From Raillietiella orientalis (lineage: Eukaryota), in assembly GCA_036172245.1 (NCBI GenBank), contig JAYWIR010000016.1:3906001-3970000 (forward strand): DNA of 64,000 nt, written 5' to 3'. The position numbers and the translations under genes were made by a program. Of the stretch, positions 46,601 to 58,114 are shown piece by piece (the stretch's first letter is position 1; the number at the start of each line of letters is the position of its first letter). Below the pieces are notes generated by a model. It searched no databases. It saw only the letters and a program-made list of their open reading frames with translations, and was not told where the DNA came from.

Positions 46601-49600
46601 GCTCGGCGATTGGGCGTCGTGTGGATCCTCGATGAGCAACAAGGCGAACCCCTCCCTCAGAGGGTCCTCCGTCGTCGTGTTCGTGGAGCTGGTTCCCCCT
46701 CCGGCGTGCCGGAAGCGCCCTCCTTTCGGAGAAGACACTGCCCTGTCCTCTTCTCGAAGAAGTCCTTTGAAGCAAGATGGCGTGCACACGCGGATGCGAA
46801 TTTCTCGCTTGGCGACCGAGGCGACACGTCGTGGCTTCCCGACGAAGCACATCCGGGACGTCCTTGCCCACGAGCGAAGCAGCGACACGGATGGAGGGGA
46901 GGGGGGGAGGGGTCTCGAAACACACGCCGATCCCCGTCGCCTGCGCACCGCGAGCGCTTCCTCGATTCCTTACGAGGTCTGGAAACTCCGGACGTTGCAC
47001 CCCCAGTTTACCAGAACTCTCTTGCTGGGTGGAGGACGCCGATTCTTCTCGATGAGGAACACACCTGGACCGTCCTGCTGCGGCGAAGGTGGGGGCGCTG
47101 TGGGTTTGGTAAGGGCGCACCGCAAATGCAGTGGGGCTGGGTGCCTTTGCTCGAGGAACCTCCCGTTCCCAGTTGGCACCGCTAGGCGACCCGGTCGTGC
47201 ATTTTCCCGTTCGAAGCGAGGCCAGTCCGCCTTGGTCACAGCTGCTGCCGCGCATCCAAACGGGGCAGCAGGGGTGTCTCCGTCAAGCACCAGAAGCGTG
47301 GTCAAATTGAGGCAACCCGAGGACCATCCCAGGAGGCACTGCTTTCCTGACCGCGACTGCGGTCAAGATGCCTCGCCCGGACAGAACCGGAATAGACGGC
47401 GTCCGTGGCTTCGGTCGGACAAAAACGAGAATTTCGAGAGACAGCGTCTTTGGAAAGACGGTTGCCAGGCAACCGGGACCCGCGGAATAAGCAATGCCCG
47501 CTGGAAAGCTTTCCGGTGACCTTCAGCGCGACCAGGCCTCACGAGCGGGCCGAGATCCCTGCCGTAAAAGGAAGCGGCTCGTCGACGGCGGCGCGTCGCC
47601 AGGGGAGCGAGCGAGCCTCCGCGGCGGCGCCCGGTGCATCCGGGCGGGGTAGCCAGAAAACCGGCTCCCGTTCGGGCCCCGCGGCTCCAGTCGTCGGCTG
47701 CTGGCTCCAGCAAGGTCGAACAGGCCCCACGGGGGGAGGAGCCCCCTCCTCAGACGCCGTGGAGCGGTCTTAGGCAGCACGTGTTTGTGATGAGGCATAC
47801 GTATTCGCATGCAGCCGAGACTGCTGAGGGCTGCAAAACACACCGTCGGGCGCGAACTGCGCTTTTGCGTGTTTCCGCACGCACGGAGCTCCGTGTGTAC
47901 GCGCAAACCTTTCACGTGGTCTAGCGGAAAGCTCAGAGTGCTGAGGCAGGCTGTCGGGCTGGCTCCAGACCCGGCCTCCGCGCCAACAGAGTCCAGAAGA
48001 CCAGCGGTCTCGGGACTCCTCCGAATCCTTGAGAGGCGCTTCCCCGTCCACGGTGCGCCTCTTACGCGCCCAGCGTTCCGTTTCCGTGGACTCCGGGGCG
48101 CCGGAGCGCGAGTCCCGTCTTCCCGATTCCCCCCCCCCCCCTTCAAAGCATCTGCGGGACCGACGGGAGGAGCGGTCCCCTTTTCCGCCGCGCTCGTGCT
48201 GCAGATGCAGCCTCGCGGCATAAACGAACGCGAATTCCCACAGCTTTGGTCTTCGCCCGCAGCTTTGACCGTCGAGCCGCCTCGTCCTGCCGTGCCGCCT
48301 TGCAGGGCTGCCACCTCAGCCACCCCAAGGGCAAACCTTCCTCCTCGCAGCGATGGGAGAACCAGGGCGACAGGTCGCCGCGGCTGCTGACCCTTCGTTG
48401 CCGATCGAATCCCGAAGGACCACGAAAACAAATACACACATAGGCTTACGCGTCGGTTTTCACGTTGGTTATAAACATACATTGTGGAGATTGCGAAAAA
48501 TAAATATGTATCAAATAAAACGTACAAATGTCGAATTTTGAGAAATGAAAATCAGTAGTGGCAATGAAAAATGCTAGAAAAAAAATGAAAAAAGACAAAC
48601 ACATTGAAGGAAAAAAAACAAAAAAGAAATTCTGCATTTCGTTATCCTACCTGCTCCCGTCACGGAGTAAATGGAACTTCCTCCGGAAATGACTTCCATT
48701 TTCGGAATTTTGATTGTTAGATAGATATATTTGTTTTAACAATAATAGATAATTATAAAGGATGTAAAAAATAAAAAATAATGTACATTACCCTATTTAC
48801 AAATATATATTATTATAGATAAAGAACATGTTATAAATTTTATTATGAAAAATTACAATAAACATGCATATTTATTGTTTACAATCCTCATTATGTATAT
48901 TAATGATACATATTAACGTATCTTATTAATTGTATTGATAAATATGCTTGTTAAACTAGATTTGCACATTGATCTAGATATAGATATGTGTATCAAAGGC
49001 ATATGCATTTATTTTTTAGAATCTCCACAATTAACGTATAGATTAATACGTTAATTTCTGTATCATTGTTATACATATTGATGTATATAATAAACACATG
49101 TATTTATTTTTTATAATTTTTGAGATATACATTAATCTAGGTGCATACATATATGCAAATATATAGAATGGACATATTCGAAATTATATTAAGTTGTTTA
49201 ATGAACATGCGTATTTATTTTTTAAAATCTTCACAATATATATTCCTCTATATACAGATATGTGTATTAATATATAATAAACATATTCCAAATTATATTA
49301 ACACATACGTTTTCAAATAAGTATTGAGAAACACACATATTGATAAACATGAATAAATATGCAGGTTAAAATAAATTTATATATTAATACATATACATTT
49401 ATATACAAAATGCAATATATATATATATATATATATATATGTAATAAGCACATGTATTTGTAAGCTCTTTCGGGGTTCTGAATCGAACCTCAGTCCCTTG
49501 AATGCCTTGTCCGAGTTCCGTTTCCTTCCCTCTTAGAGAGTCCTGGAAGGATACAACGGGACGATTTTCGCGTACGGGCAGACAGGAAGTGGGAAGACGT

Positions 49601-52600
49601 TCACCATGCAGGGGAATGGAGCTCGCCGCGGGCAGAAGGGGATCATCCCTTTGATCTTCGAGCACATATTCGAAACCGTTTCCGTTTCCGAAGAGCGGAA
49701 GTACCTGATTTTGCTGTCCTACTTGGAAATCTACAACGAAGAGATTCGCGACCTGCTGTCCACGAACGTGAAGCAGAAACTGGAGGTAAAGGAGAAGCTG
49801 GACGGCGGCGTCTATGTGGCAGGTGAATTTTTTTTTTTCTCTCTTTTCTCCTTCTCCTTGTCTCAAACGATCCAATTCGATTCGCGGAAACCGAGGCACG
49901 GGGTGCTGCCGGCGCGTCTTCAGCACATCCGGATGCATTTCCGGGAGCCCTAAAGGATCGGACGATGCTGCCCTCCGCGAACGCTTTCCCAGAGGCGCCT
50001 CTTGGTTGGGCCGGTTGCGGTCCAAGTAAATCCAGGGGGTCACCACCCGTTCGGCGAAGCTGCGTTTCTTCCGCATGACGACGGCTTCCCGTGACATGTC
50101 ACCGCGGGCATGTCGCCTACGCTCTGACCCGTAACTTCCTGTCCCGAATTCCCAAGGGACACCTGCCAGCATCTAGTACTTGGAATCGGCCGAAGCCTCA
50201 AGCGCTGCCTTTCCTTCACCGTATGGGAGGTGGCTGGGGAAAGACCCACCCAGAACCCTCCTTGGCGCAAGAAACCCGTACGAGGCAGCGGCGTTCCCAC
50301 CGGGACTCTCACGGCGAGAAACCCCGCGGCTCTGGGAGCATCAGCGTCTCTCGCACTCCCTGTTCTGGACCGATGGCAGCATTTCTGGTGGTCCATCATC
50401 TTCGCCGTGCGGATTTCCATCGAAGCGGACGCATCGGTCCTATCGTAGCTGCGGCGTCAGCGAGCAGCGGCCGTGGAGGCGCTGACCGGAGCTGCAAAGA
50501 TGAAAGCGGAGGATCCTTTCCGGAATTCCTTGAGGAACTTCCGACGGAACCCTTTGTTTGGCATCCAGAGAAACTTCCCCTCGAAGAAGCTGCGAGGTGC
50601 AGCAGCTTCTTCGAGAGCTCACTGAGAGCTACAGCCAGGGGGGAGGCTGCCGTCCGGGACGAGCTCGCGGGGGCTCGTGATCCGGATGGGAGCCGAGAGC
50701 GTCCTTTGGGGACGACCCTCCGAACCGCGAAGAGGAGCGATCCCTAGAATTTTCGTCTTTTTCCAGATCTTTCGCTGCATCCCGTGCGCGACATCGAAGG
50801 GTGCTTAAGGATAATGGAGACGGGATGGAGCAACAGAGCCGTTGGGAAGACTCTGATGAACTCGGAGTCCTCCAGGTCACATTCCGTGTTCACCATCTCC
50901 TTGGAGATGATGGATTCCGACGGCTCCAACATACGCAAGGCTAGTTTGCATCTAGTTGATTTGGCTGGAAGTGAAAAACAGGCAAAAACAGGTTATCACC
51001 GGCCTCTCTTTGTTCCTCCAGCCGGCCCTACAGGCGCCCCACCACTCCCGTAGTCCAGGGAGGTTGAGATCCCGCTTCTCCCTCCGGTTCCTGCAACGCA
51101 GTGCTCCGGGAACGAAAAATACGCTGGGGGATGAGGTGGCGCGTTCGTACCTCGCTTGTGGGGGGAGGGGGGAGCACCGACCGTCGAGGATGGGTTCGGC
51201 TTCCGGTTCCCTCGCGTCCGGTGGGAAATGGCCACGGCGCGGCCGATCCGCCGAAGTTGCACCTCTAGCGGTGGTGGCGGTTTGAGATGTGGTTTACCGA
51301 TCGGGCTCCCGAGGCGAAGACAGGCCCCGGGAGCATGGTTTGGGCGCACCCTTCGGAGGTGAGGGACGAAAGCACTGCTGTCCCCGGGTCGGGGATGTGA
51401 AGCGGAGAGAATCCGCCGGTTTCGTCGGGATCCCGCAAGAAGGAAGCGGGAGGCAGGGATGCCGGTGCGGCTTTGCACCGGGAGACCCTGGGCGAACCTC
51501 GCGCGGTGGCAACTCCCTCGCTAGGAAGAGCAGTATCCATCGGAACCAGCGCGGGAAAGGAGGACCGGACAGGAGGTTCTTCTTCTTCCCATTTTCGCTG
51601 CTTTCCACCCAGCTGCCACTTTAGAGTTTTCTTCCCTTTGGTTCACTGAGTACTGAAGAACCGCCCCGCCACCTCACGAGGACGCACGAAGCTCTCCTTC
51701 CACACCGTCCACGCCACCACAGGGCGCGCGTTCACTCTACAAGTTACAGGGGGCACCCCGGGAGGTGACCACCTTACTTAATCTAGGAAGGACTCCGGAA
51801 GAGAGAGGAATCTGTTCCTCCTTTACTCTTCGGAGGAGATCACGAAGGGAGCCACCCCTTCCTCATTCTCTCCGGAGGGACCTCCCGGTTTGTGGGGACC
51901 ACTCCTCAGTTACCCCCAAGAAACCCTAAAAGGACTCTCTCCTAGAATTTCTTTTCCGAAAGGACCCCCTGAGAGGGTCGTTCCTCGTTTCCTCCTCCTC
52001 TGGAGAGAACCCGGAAAGGGCGCTTTCCGATTTCTCTGAAGGGTCACTCGCCGAAGAAAGCAGCGCGCTTCCGACACTCTGGAGAGGCATCAACCAGCTC
52101 CATGGTAACGGTTCCACTTTCACAACCGGAGGGGAACCCGGAAGGTCTCCTTGATTTCCGGAAAGACCCCGGAGGGTCAACTTCCAATCCTGGCCAGTCA
52201 ACGGGCGCATCCGGCTTCCGCACCCAAACCTACAGGCCAGCCGGCGCCATCCTGCGGGGGGAACTCGAGCTTGAGCCACACCCTCCGTTCCCGTCGTCGA
52301 TGCATCCTTCCCCGGGAGGGGTTCGAACCCGCGACGCTTGGCACCACGCGCAGCCGCACGGCCGCCGACGCCCGGTCAGTCTTCACACGCGGATGTGCAG
52401 TCAGCTCGTGCCACAGCGTGCCTCAGGGCACCGCTTGGACCGTCTCATAAACCGTTCCAGCCGGCCCGTACGGACCAGAGAGGGCTGCAAACCGCGGACG
52501 TTCCCGTGGATTTCCCCTGACCAGCGCTGTCAGCTCGGGGAGCGGCTGCGGGTCCGGGCGAGGAGGCGCCGCCGCCAGCGGCGAAGAGATTCGCCTCGCC

Positions 52601-55600
52601 TCCTCTTAGACCAGGTCCCTCTGGGGGCGGAACGGGGTTCCCGGCTCGGTTTCTTGGAGCCGGCTCGCCGGAGCTTCTTCCCCGCCTGCACCTGCATCCG
52701 CCCTCTGTTCGGCAGAAGGGTGCGAACGGCGCCCCGCCCGGAACGATCGCGAAAATCATCATAGGTTGTCGTCCTCACTGATCTGCACGAAACCATCTGC
52801 CAGGGGACGGAGAAAACTCCGACGCGAATTCGTGGTGTCGTCCGAATACTGTGAAAGCAGGAAAGCACTGGGTACACTGCAGTGTGCACAGAAAAGACTA
52901 CGTGGAATGTTTACATGAGTATTCGGGGGGGCATCATGGCGGCCATTGCGAACAGTCCGGCAAAGGGAGACCGATTCGAACCTACGCCTATGTGGGCTGC
53001 TCATGAGGCTGACAAGCGGTTCCCCGCTGAGCATCGCGGCAACCGGTTGCTCCACGCAACCGAGTATCCGCTCCTCCTCCCCTTGAGGGATACCGAACGG
53101 TGAAGGACGGTTCGAGTCGCTCGCTACTGGCAGCCCTGCTCCGCTTCCGGCAAGTCGCAAGCGACCGAAATAGCACGAAAAATAAATAGAAGTGCTCATT
53201 ATGTATATTACCACATATATATCTGTGTATGGATTAATGAACGGATTTACTTGTTCATACATACTTTATTTAAATATAATTAATAATATAAATTGATATA
53301 CATTATTAATATGTATGTTAAAAATCATTAAAATAAATATATATGTTTATTATGATACGTCGTAGATATCATAGATTGATATATCAGTGAATATGTATTA
53401 TAAAGATTATTAAAAATATACTTGCTTATTTTGTGCATTAGTATATATTTATATATATGTAATCAGTGTATAATAAACAAATATATGAATATCGAATAAT
53501 AAACATCGAATATGTATATTTTTTAATCTTTAATATGTGCATATTAATAATTTATTCCATTACATATTATTAATTGTGAGAATAATGTGTAAGATAATAA
53601 ATTTCAATAAATATATATGCTAAAACAATATTATTATTAATACTCACATTGATAAATATGTATGTTAAAACAGATTAGCATATTAATATATATGTATATA
53701 TATAAATCAATCTATATGTTAACATTAATACATATATATATAAAATCGTCATGATGGTTCGGGATTTTCCAAAAGCCTGCCGTCTGCTGCTCCCCTTATT
53801 GGCCGCCTCCTTCGTTCCTGGGGCGCTCCTCGTGGGCAGCGCCGAAGACCTCCACCCCCTTCCCACCCACCCCGTCACGACAGTCCCCTCCACCCCTACT
53901 CCCTACTCCTCTCCCCGGCGGCCGGGCGCCTCAGCACGATGCGTTCCAGGAACCACCGGAACGAGGTTCAAGGAGTCGATCCAGATCAACGTCTCCCTGT
54001 CGGCCCTGGGCAACGTCATCTCTGCGCTGGTCAACGAGAAGCGCAAGCACGTGCCCTACAGGGACTCCAAGCTGACGCGCTTGCTTCAGGTCAGCCCCGC
54101 GGAGGGCGGATTCCCTTGCCTTCCCCACAGCGGAGGCGAGCGGATGTGAGGGAGGGAGGACAGACCCGCTGTGACCTCGCCCCCTCTTTCCAGAACTCCC
54201 TGGGCGGGAACTCGAAGACACTGATGATCGCGTGCGTCTCCCCCGCCGACGACAACTACGAGGAGACCCTGAGCACCCTGCGGTACGCGGACAGGGCGAA
54301 GAGGATCCGCAACCGACCCCAGGTCAACGAGGACCCGCAGGCCGTCCTCCTGAGGAACTACCGCGATGAGATCGAGAGGCTCAGGCAGCTGCTGGCTAAG
54401 CAGGAAGCGACCGAGTGCCCAGGTTGGCAAGGAAGGGAGGGGAAGGGACGGCGACGTCGGGAGTGCTCGCGTCTGCGCAGAAGACGAAGATTTCCGCGTG
54501 CGGCTGACCAGGGAGCAGGAGGAGATGAGGAAAAAGTACGAGGAGGAGATCCGGGAGCTGCGAGAACACTTCCGGGACGAGTACGAAATCCTGAAGAAGT
54601 CCTCGTCCGCTCCCGAGATCGAGGCTGCCTCCTCACCGGTGAGCGAAGAGGAGGCGCCGGCCCCTGACCGCGTCGGGATCCAGGGGGAAGACGCGATTGG
54701 GGGCCCCGCAGGAGACGAGGACGGGAGGCAGTCGCTGGAAGAGATCGAATGCGAGAGGTGAGGACTGCCGCTGCTCCCGGGGAGCGCGGCTGGGAGACGG
54801 GGAAGCCGATCGGGAAAAGGAGCGTGTTGCTTGCCAGGATACGGAGGCTCAGGAGGCGTATGATCGGGGGCGAGAGGTCGAAGGACGTCGAGCTGCGGCG
54901 GAGGCACCGCGACCGGCGGCAGGCGGCGGCCAGCCGCGCCAGTACCCTCGAGCAGCTGCGCCGCCAGGGGACCGCCCCGGGACGGGAGTCCCGGAAGGAC
55001 CTGATCGATGCCTACGAAGAGAAGGTGAGGCACGGAGGCGCCTCGTCGGCAATCAGGGGAGGAGAGGGAGGGTACTACCTGGGCCCGCAGATCGCCGAGC
55101 TGGAACGCGAGAACGAGGACATGCGGGCCGAGCTGGAGAGCGACAGGAACGCCCACCTGGACACCGTCCGACTCGCCAAGAGAGAGGTCAAATTCCATAA
55201 GCAGCTGCTGAAGATGCTGGCTTCCCAGTTCGGTGCGAGCTACTCCAAAAGGTACGCAGGGGGAGGGGGCAGACCACTCCCCTTCCCTCCCTCGCGCCGC
55301 GAAGCCGCCTGGCCAACGAGACTCCCGTCCGCGTTGGCAAAGCGGCGGCGGCGGCGGCGGACGGAGAGGATGCCCTCGGGCAAGACTCCCGCCGTTTAGA
55401 CTCGGGGGGACTCCAGACAAGGCGTTCTCTCGGCCTCGGTGGTCTGGTCGAGGAGCGATCCCCTCTCCGGGGTCACCTCCTGGACTTCCGGGAACGCTCC
55501 CCGGGAGTTTTTTGCGCTCGCTATCTTGGGGAGCGAATCCTCTGAGAGATGACCGGATCCGCGTCCGAAACGACACTCTTCCTCCTGCGTTCGGCACCGA

Positions 55601-58114
55601 CGCCTCCCGGGGGAACGTCCGGCACAGAGACCGCTTTCCGTGACGACGCCACGAGGTGGCAAGGAGGAACTCCTGGGAACCACCTCGGGAAGGAGGTGAA
55701 GACCTCGGGGTCCTTGTGCTCCTCCGCGAGAAGCCCATGAGGCGGGGAGGGCGAAACTCCGGGATCTCCAGGATCGCTGGCGCCTCCGGCGAGGCCGGCG
55801 GCCGAAAGTGGGCGGAACCGAACGGAGTGGAAGGAAGCTCCGCTCCCTTCGTCGCCGCCACACGGGGCCACTCCTGGGCAACCGAAAAGATGGGACCCGT
55901 CATGTTTTCCCGAGGGCGCCTCTTCCTTGCGACCTGCGATGCACCGCGGACGGCGCCCTCCCTCCAATCCAGACTGTGGCAAAAGGCAGCCTCGGACAAG
56001 GTCATCCGTAAGCGTCTCGCTGTTGGTCTAAGAGGGTGAGAACGAGCGTGCACGTCCGGCTTAGCCAGTATGTGGCTGTCCCGGAGAGCAAGGAGAGAGC
56101 ATGGCTGCTCGTGGCGCGGTGTGGTTCTCGTGGCCGGGGGTAGTCTGCGCCGAGGGCGTTCGCGAGAACGCGACTGGCAACCGAGTCCCCCACTTGCGCC
56201 GCTGAGTCTCACCGCCATCTTCCGCGCTTTGGCACCACGACCCCGGCGCAATCTCCGAACTCGTCCCGGCGTCTTCGGGCCGATTCTGCGACCGGGACGC
56301 CGCTTCCTTCCAGAGCAGGTCAGCCATTCCGGTCGCGGGAGTGCTTGGAAAAGGCGGACAGTAGGCTGAGCTGAGCTTTCCGCGCACGGAGCAAAGAGGT
56401 GGCTTTGTCTCGAGCTCCGGAACGGCCAACGCCATCTTGGGAGGAACCGTGGAACTCTCGCGCTGAGGGCTGGACATCAGCGCATGCGCAGCGCTCGGAA
56501 GCTCAGACTGGACGTAGGAACGGGAGCACCCACTGTCGAGGAATACGCAAGGGAACGGACTCGCCACGCATGCTTCTTCCCCGAGAGGATGGCGAAGGAC
56601 GAAGAACGCCCTGCCGGAGGGAAAACGGCGGGAAGACTGTGGGTCACGTGATTCATCTTGAAAGCGAAACGCCATCCACCTCCAGTTCGCGGATCCCCCA
56701 CTCTCCACGACAGCATCGACATCACAGGGGGCGGTGGTTCCGTGGACGCGGCACCAGCTGGGTGTGCAAACGGGATGAACTTCCGGGTGGGCGTTATGGC
56801 AACCGAGCTCTCGGCGGAGCGCACGACTTGCCGGGTGCCACTAGGAGCTGAGTCACGTCGCCGCCGACTCCCCGCCTTTCAAAATCAACCGGAAGTCCAG
56901 AGCGACTCGAACGAGCTCCCTTTTTCTCCAGCTCCCGGCTCGCAGGAAGAAAACCGCGGACTTGCACGACTCTTCTCCGTTACGCGAGAACCGATTCCCT
57001 CGACTGCTGGCGCTCCGGGAAGAAAGGAGCTGTTTCCGTTGCCAAGACGACTCCTTCAGCAGATCTTGGACCCAGCTCCGCTTGGGGGCGTCGCGGATCG
57101 CGAGGTCGCAACTGCGGCGACTCCGAAGGAGATGCATCGGATCGAAGGCGCCTCCGTCCCCATGCGTGACGCAAGAGGCGCCACCTTCGCCGGCAGAAAA
57201 ACGACGAACAGACGAATCAAAATGGGGTCGAAGGCCGCCAGGGTCGAAGTTACCCAGCCTGACGCCTTGCCTCCCCCCTCCCTTCCGCACTTGGTCAGCT
57301 GCGCGTCTTCAGACAGCGCTGCTGCGCAGGAAGAAGGACGCATCGCAAACTCCAAAGCGAATGCAGCGCTGTGGGGTGACGCGCTGCTGGAAACCGGCCC
57401 TCCCCGAAACCCGCTTTGCGCCCGCATCCTCGCGAGACCTTCCATATCAAGACATCCGCCCATAGGTTTGCCGTTTAAGTGCCGACATGCACGCCTCCCG
57501 GGGTTGCGGGCGGTGCGCGTGCAAACGAACTGACCTTACCCGGTTTCAAGGTGACGAAATTGGATCGCAGGAAGATGAGAGAAACTGCGGATTTGCATGC
57601 ATCTTCCCCGCCAGCTCCTGGAGCCTGGCACCTCCCCCCATCGACGCTGGGAGGCTGTGAGTCCTCTTCGCTTTCGAAGGAGAGCGCCCTCGAAAGAACG
57701 TTCGGAAAACCGCGCCCTGCGGGTGGGCGCGTAGCGCCATGACGTCAGCGTGCACGAAAACGCAAGCCGAGCCAACTCGGGCCGAACTAGCCATCCCGAG
57801 GAGACGAAGGGCAGCAGGTTCCAGGCAGCTCCCCCGCATCCCACTCTGCGGCCAGACGTGTTCGGCTCTTCCGGGAGGAGAGATATGCGAAAGCTGCGGG
57901 ACGCTCTCGAAGTCTGGGAGCCCCGGGCGGGTCATCGGGCACGCTCTCTCCCTCTCCCTGCCGACCATCTGTTGCAGCGGCACCGACCGGATCCTCCAGG
58001 AAGCCACGTGGGAGGACCTGAAGCAGAAGTGGCAGCTTCCCCTCCTGCGCTTCCCCACTGCGGTCCCCGAGGAACGGGTACAGGAAGAGTCCCGAAGAGA
58101 GGACATCGCTCACC
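43560..58114 (+). CDS. KIF17: Kinesin-2 family motor, KIF17/OSM-3-like (at least 10 exons, ~622 aa resolved; 3' terminal exon(s) uncertain)
   Basis: Exons 43560-43628, 45077-45232, 49537-49822, 50767-50991, 53950-54089, 54194-54422, 54481-54757, 54838-55024, 55091-55251 and 57978-58114 are phase-consistent. Motor motifs are [33 protein letters not shown] and [14 protein letters not shown]. The tail segments HLDTVR..QLL and DRILQEATW...WQLP resemble the KIF17/OSM-3 tail as recalled, which needs a database check. Confidence 0.88.
45077..45232 (+). CDS. KIF17: Kinesin exon 2 (...[10 protein letters not shown]...LVE)
   Basis: FTFD motif, TTCCAG acceptor and GTAAGC donor. Confidence 0.92.
45570..46440 (+). 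repeat. SINE-like head fragment plus copy in kinesin intron 2
   Basis: GCGGGTTCAAATCC at ~45602, then a copy from ~45790. Confidence 0.72.
48404..49490. mobile_element. AT-rich MITE-like element with imperfect inverted ends
   Basis: Very AT-rich island bounded by GAATCCCGAAG and TTCGGGGTTC. Includes (TA)n at ~49415-49440. Confidence 0.55.
49537..49822 (+). CDS. KIF17: Kinesin exon 3 (P-loop [22 protein letters not shown])
   Basis: Canonical kinesin motifs with canonical splice sites. Confidence 0.95.
50170..50740 (+). mobile_element. Decayed LINE APE fragment in kinesin intron 3
   Basis: STWN...LAQETR (cf. TWN..GL/LQET), followed by a WH-containing linker. Confidence 0.4.
50767..50991 (+). 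CDS. KIF17: Kinesin exon 4 (switch I SSRSH, switch II DLAGSE)
   Basis: Canonical motifs, phase 1 to phase 1. Confidence 0.95.
51620..52375 (-). repeat. Near full-length SINE-like copy in kinesin intron 4
   Basis: GGCCGTGCGG A-box-like, GGTTCGAACCC B-box, complete body and tail. Confidence 0.8.
53165..53770. mobile_element. AT-rich MITE-like element
   Basis: Bounded by CCGAAATAGCACGAAAAATAA and GATGGTTCGGGATTTT. Confidence 0.55.
53950..54089 (+). CDS. KIF17: Kinesin exon 5 ([29 protein letters not shown])
   Basis: Canonical motifs and splice sites. Confidence 0.95.
54194..54422 (+). CDS. KIF17: Kinesin exon 6 (SLGGNSKT...ETLSTLRYA...neck NEDP)
   Basis: End of the motor domain and a kinesin-2/3-type neck. 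Confidence 0.93.
54481..54757 (+). CDS. KIF17: Kinesin exon 7, coiled-coil stalk
   Basis: E/K/R-rich heptad-like sequence, phase-consistent splice sites. Confidence 0.82.
54838..55024 (+). CDS. KIF17: Kinesin exon 8 ([15 protein letters not shown]...)
   Basis: Kinesin-2 stalk-type GGE motif, CCAG acceptor and GTGAGG donor. Confidence 0.8.
55091..55251 (+). CDS. KIF17: Kinesin exon 9 ([14 protein letters not shown]...YSK)
   Basis: Kinesin-2 distal stalk, GCAG acceptor and GTACGC donor. Confidence 0.8.
55400..56600 (-). mobile_element. Decayed LINE ORF2 linker fragment in kinesin intron 9
   Basis: DSLPKI...[13 protein letters not shown] resembles the L1 pre-RT segment. Confidence 0.35.
57978..58114 (+). 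CDS. KIF17: Kinesin exon 10 ([20 protein letters not shown]...)
   Basis: W-x6-W-x-L-P kinesin-2 tail motif, TTGCAG acceptor, GTGAGT donor, phase matches exon 9. Confidence 0.8.

Noticed and set aside
54086..56251. 721-aa minus-strand ORF
   Set aside because: Antisense shadow of kinesin exons plus a decayed LINE in GC-rich DNA. Low-complexity R/P/S content and no domain.
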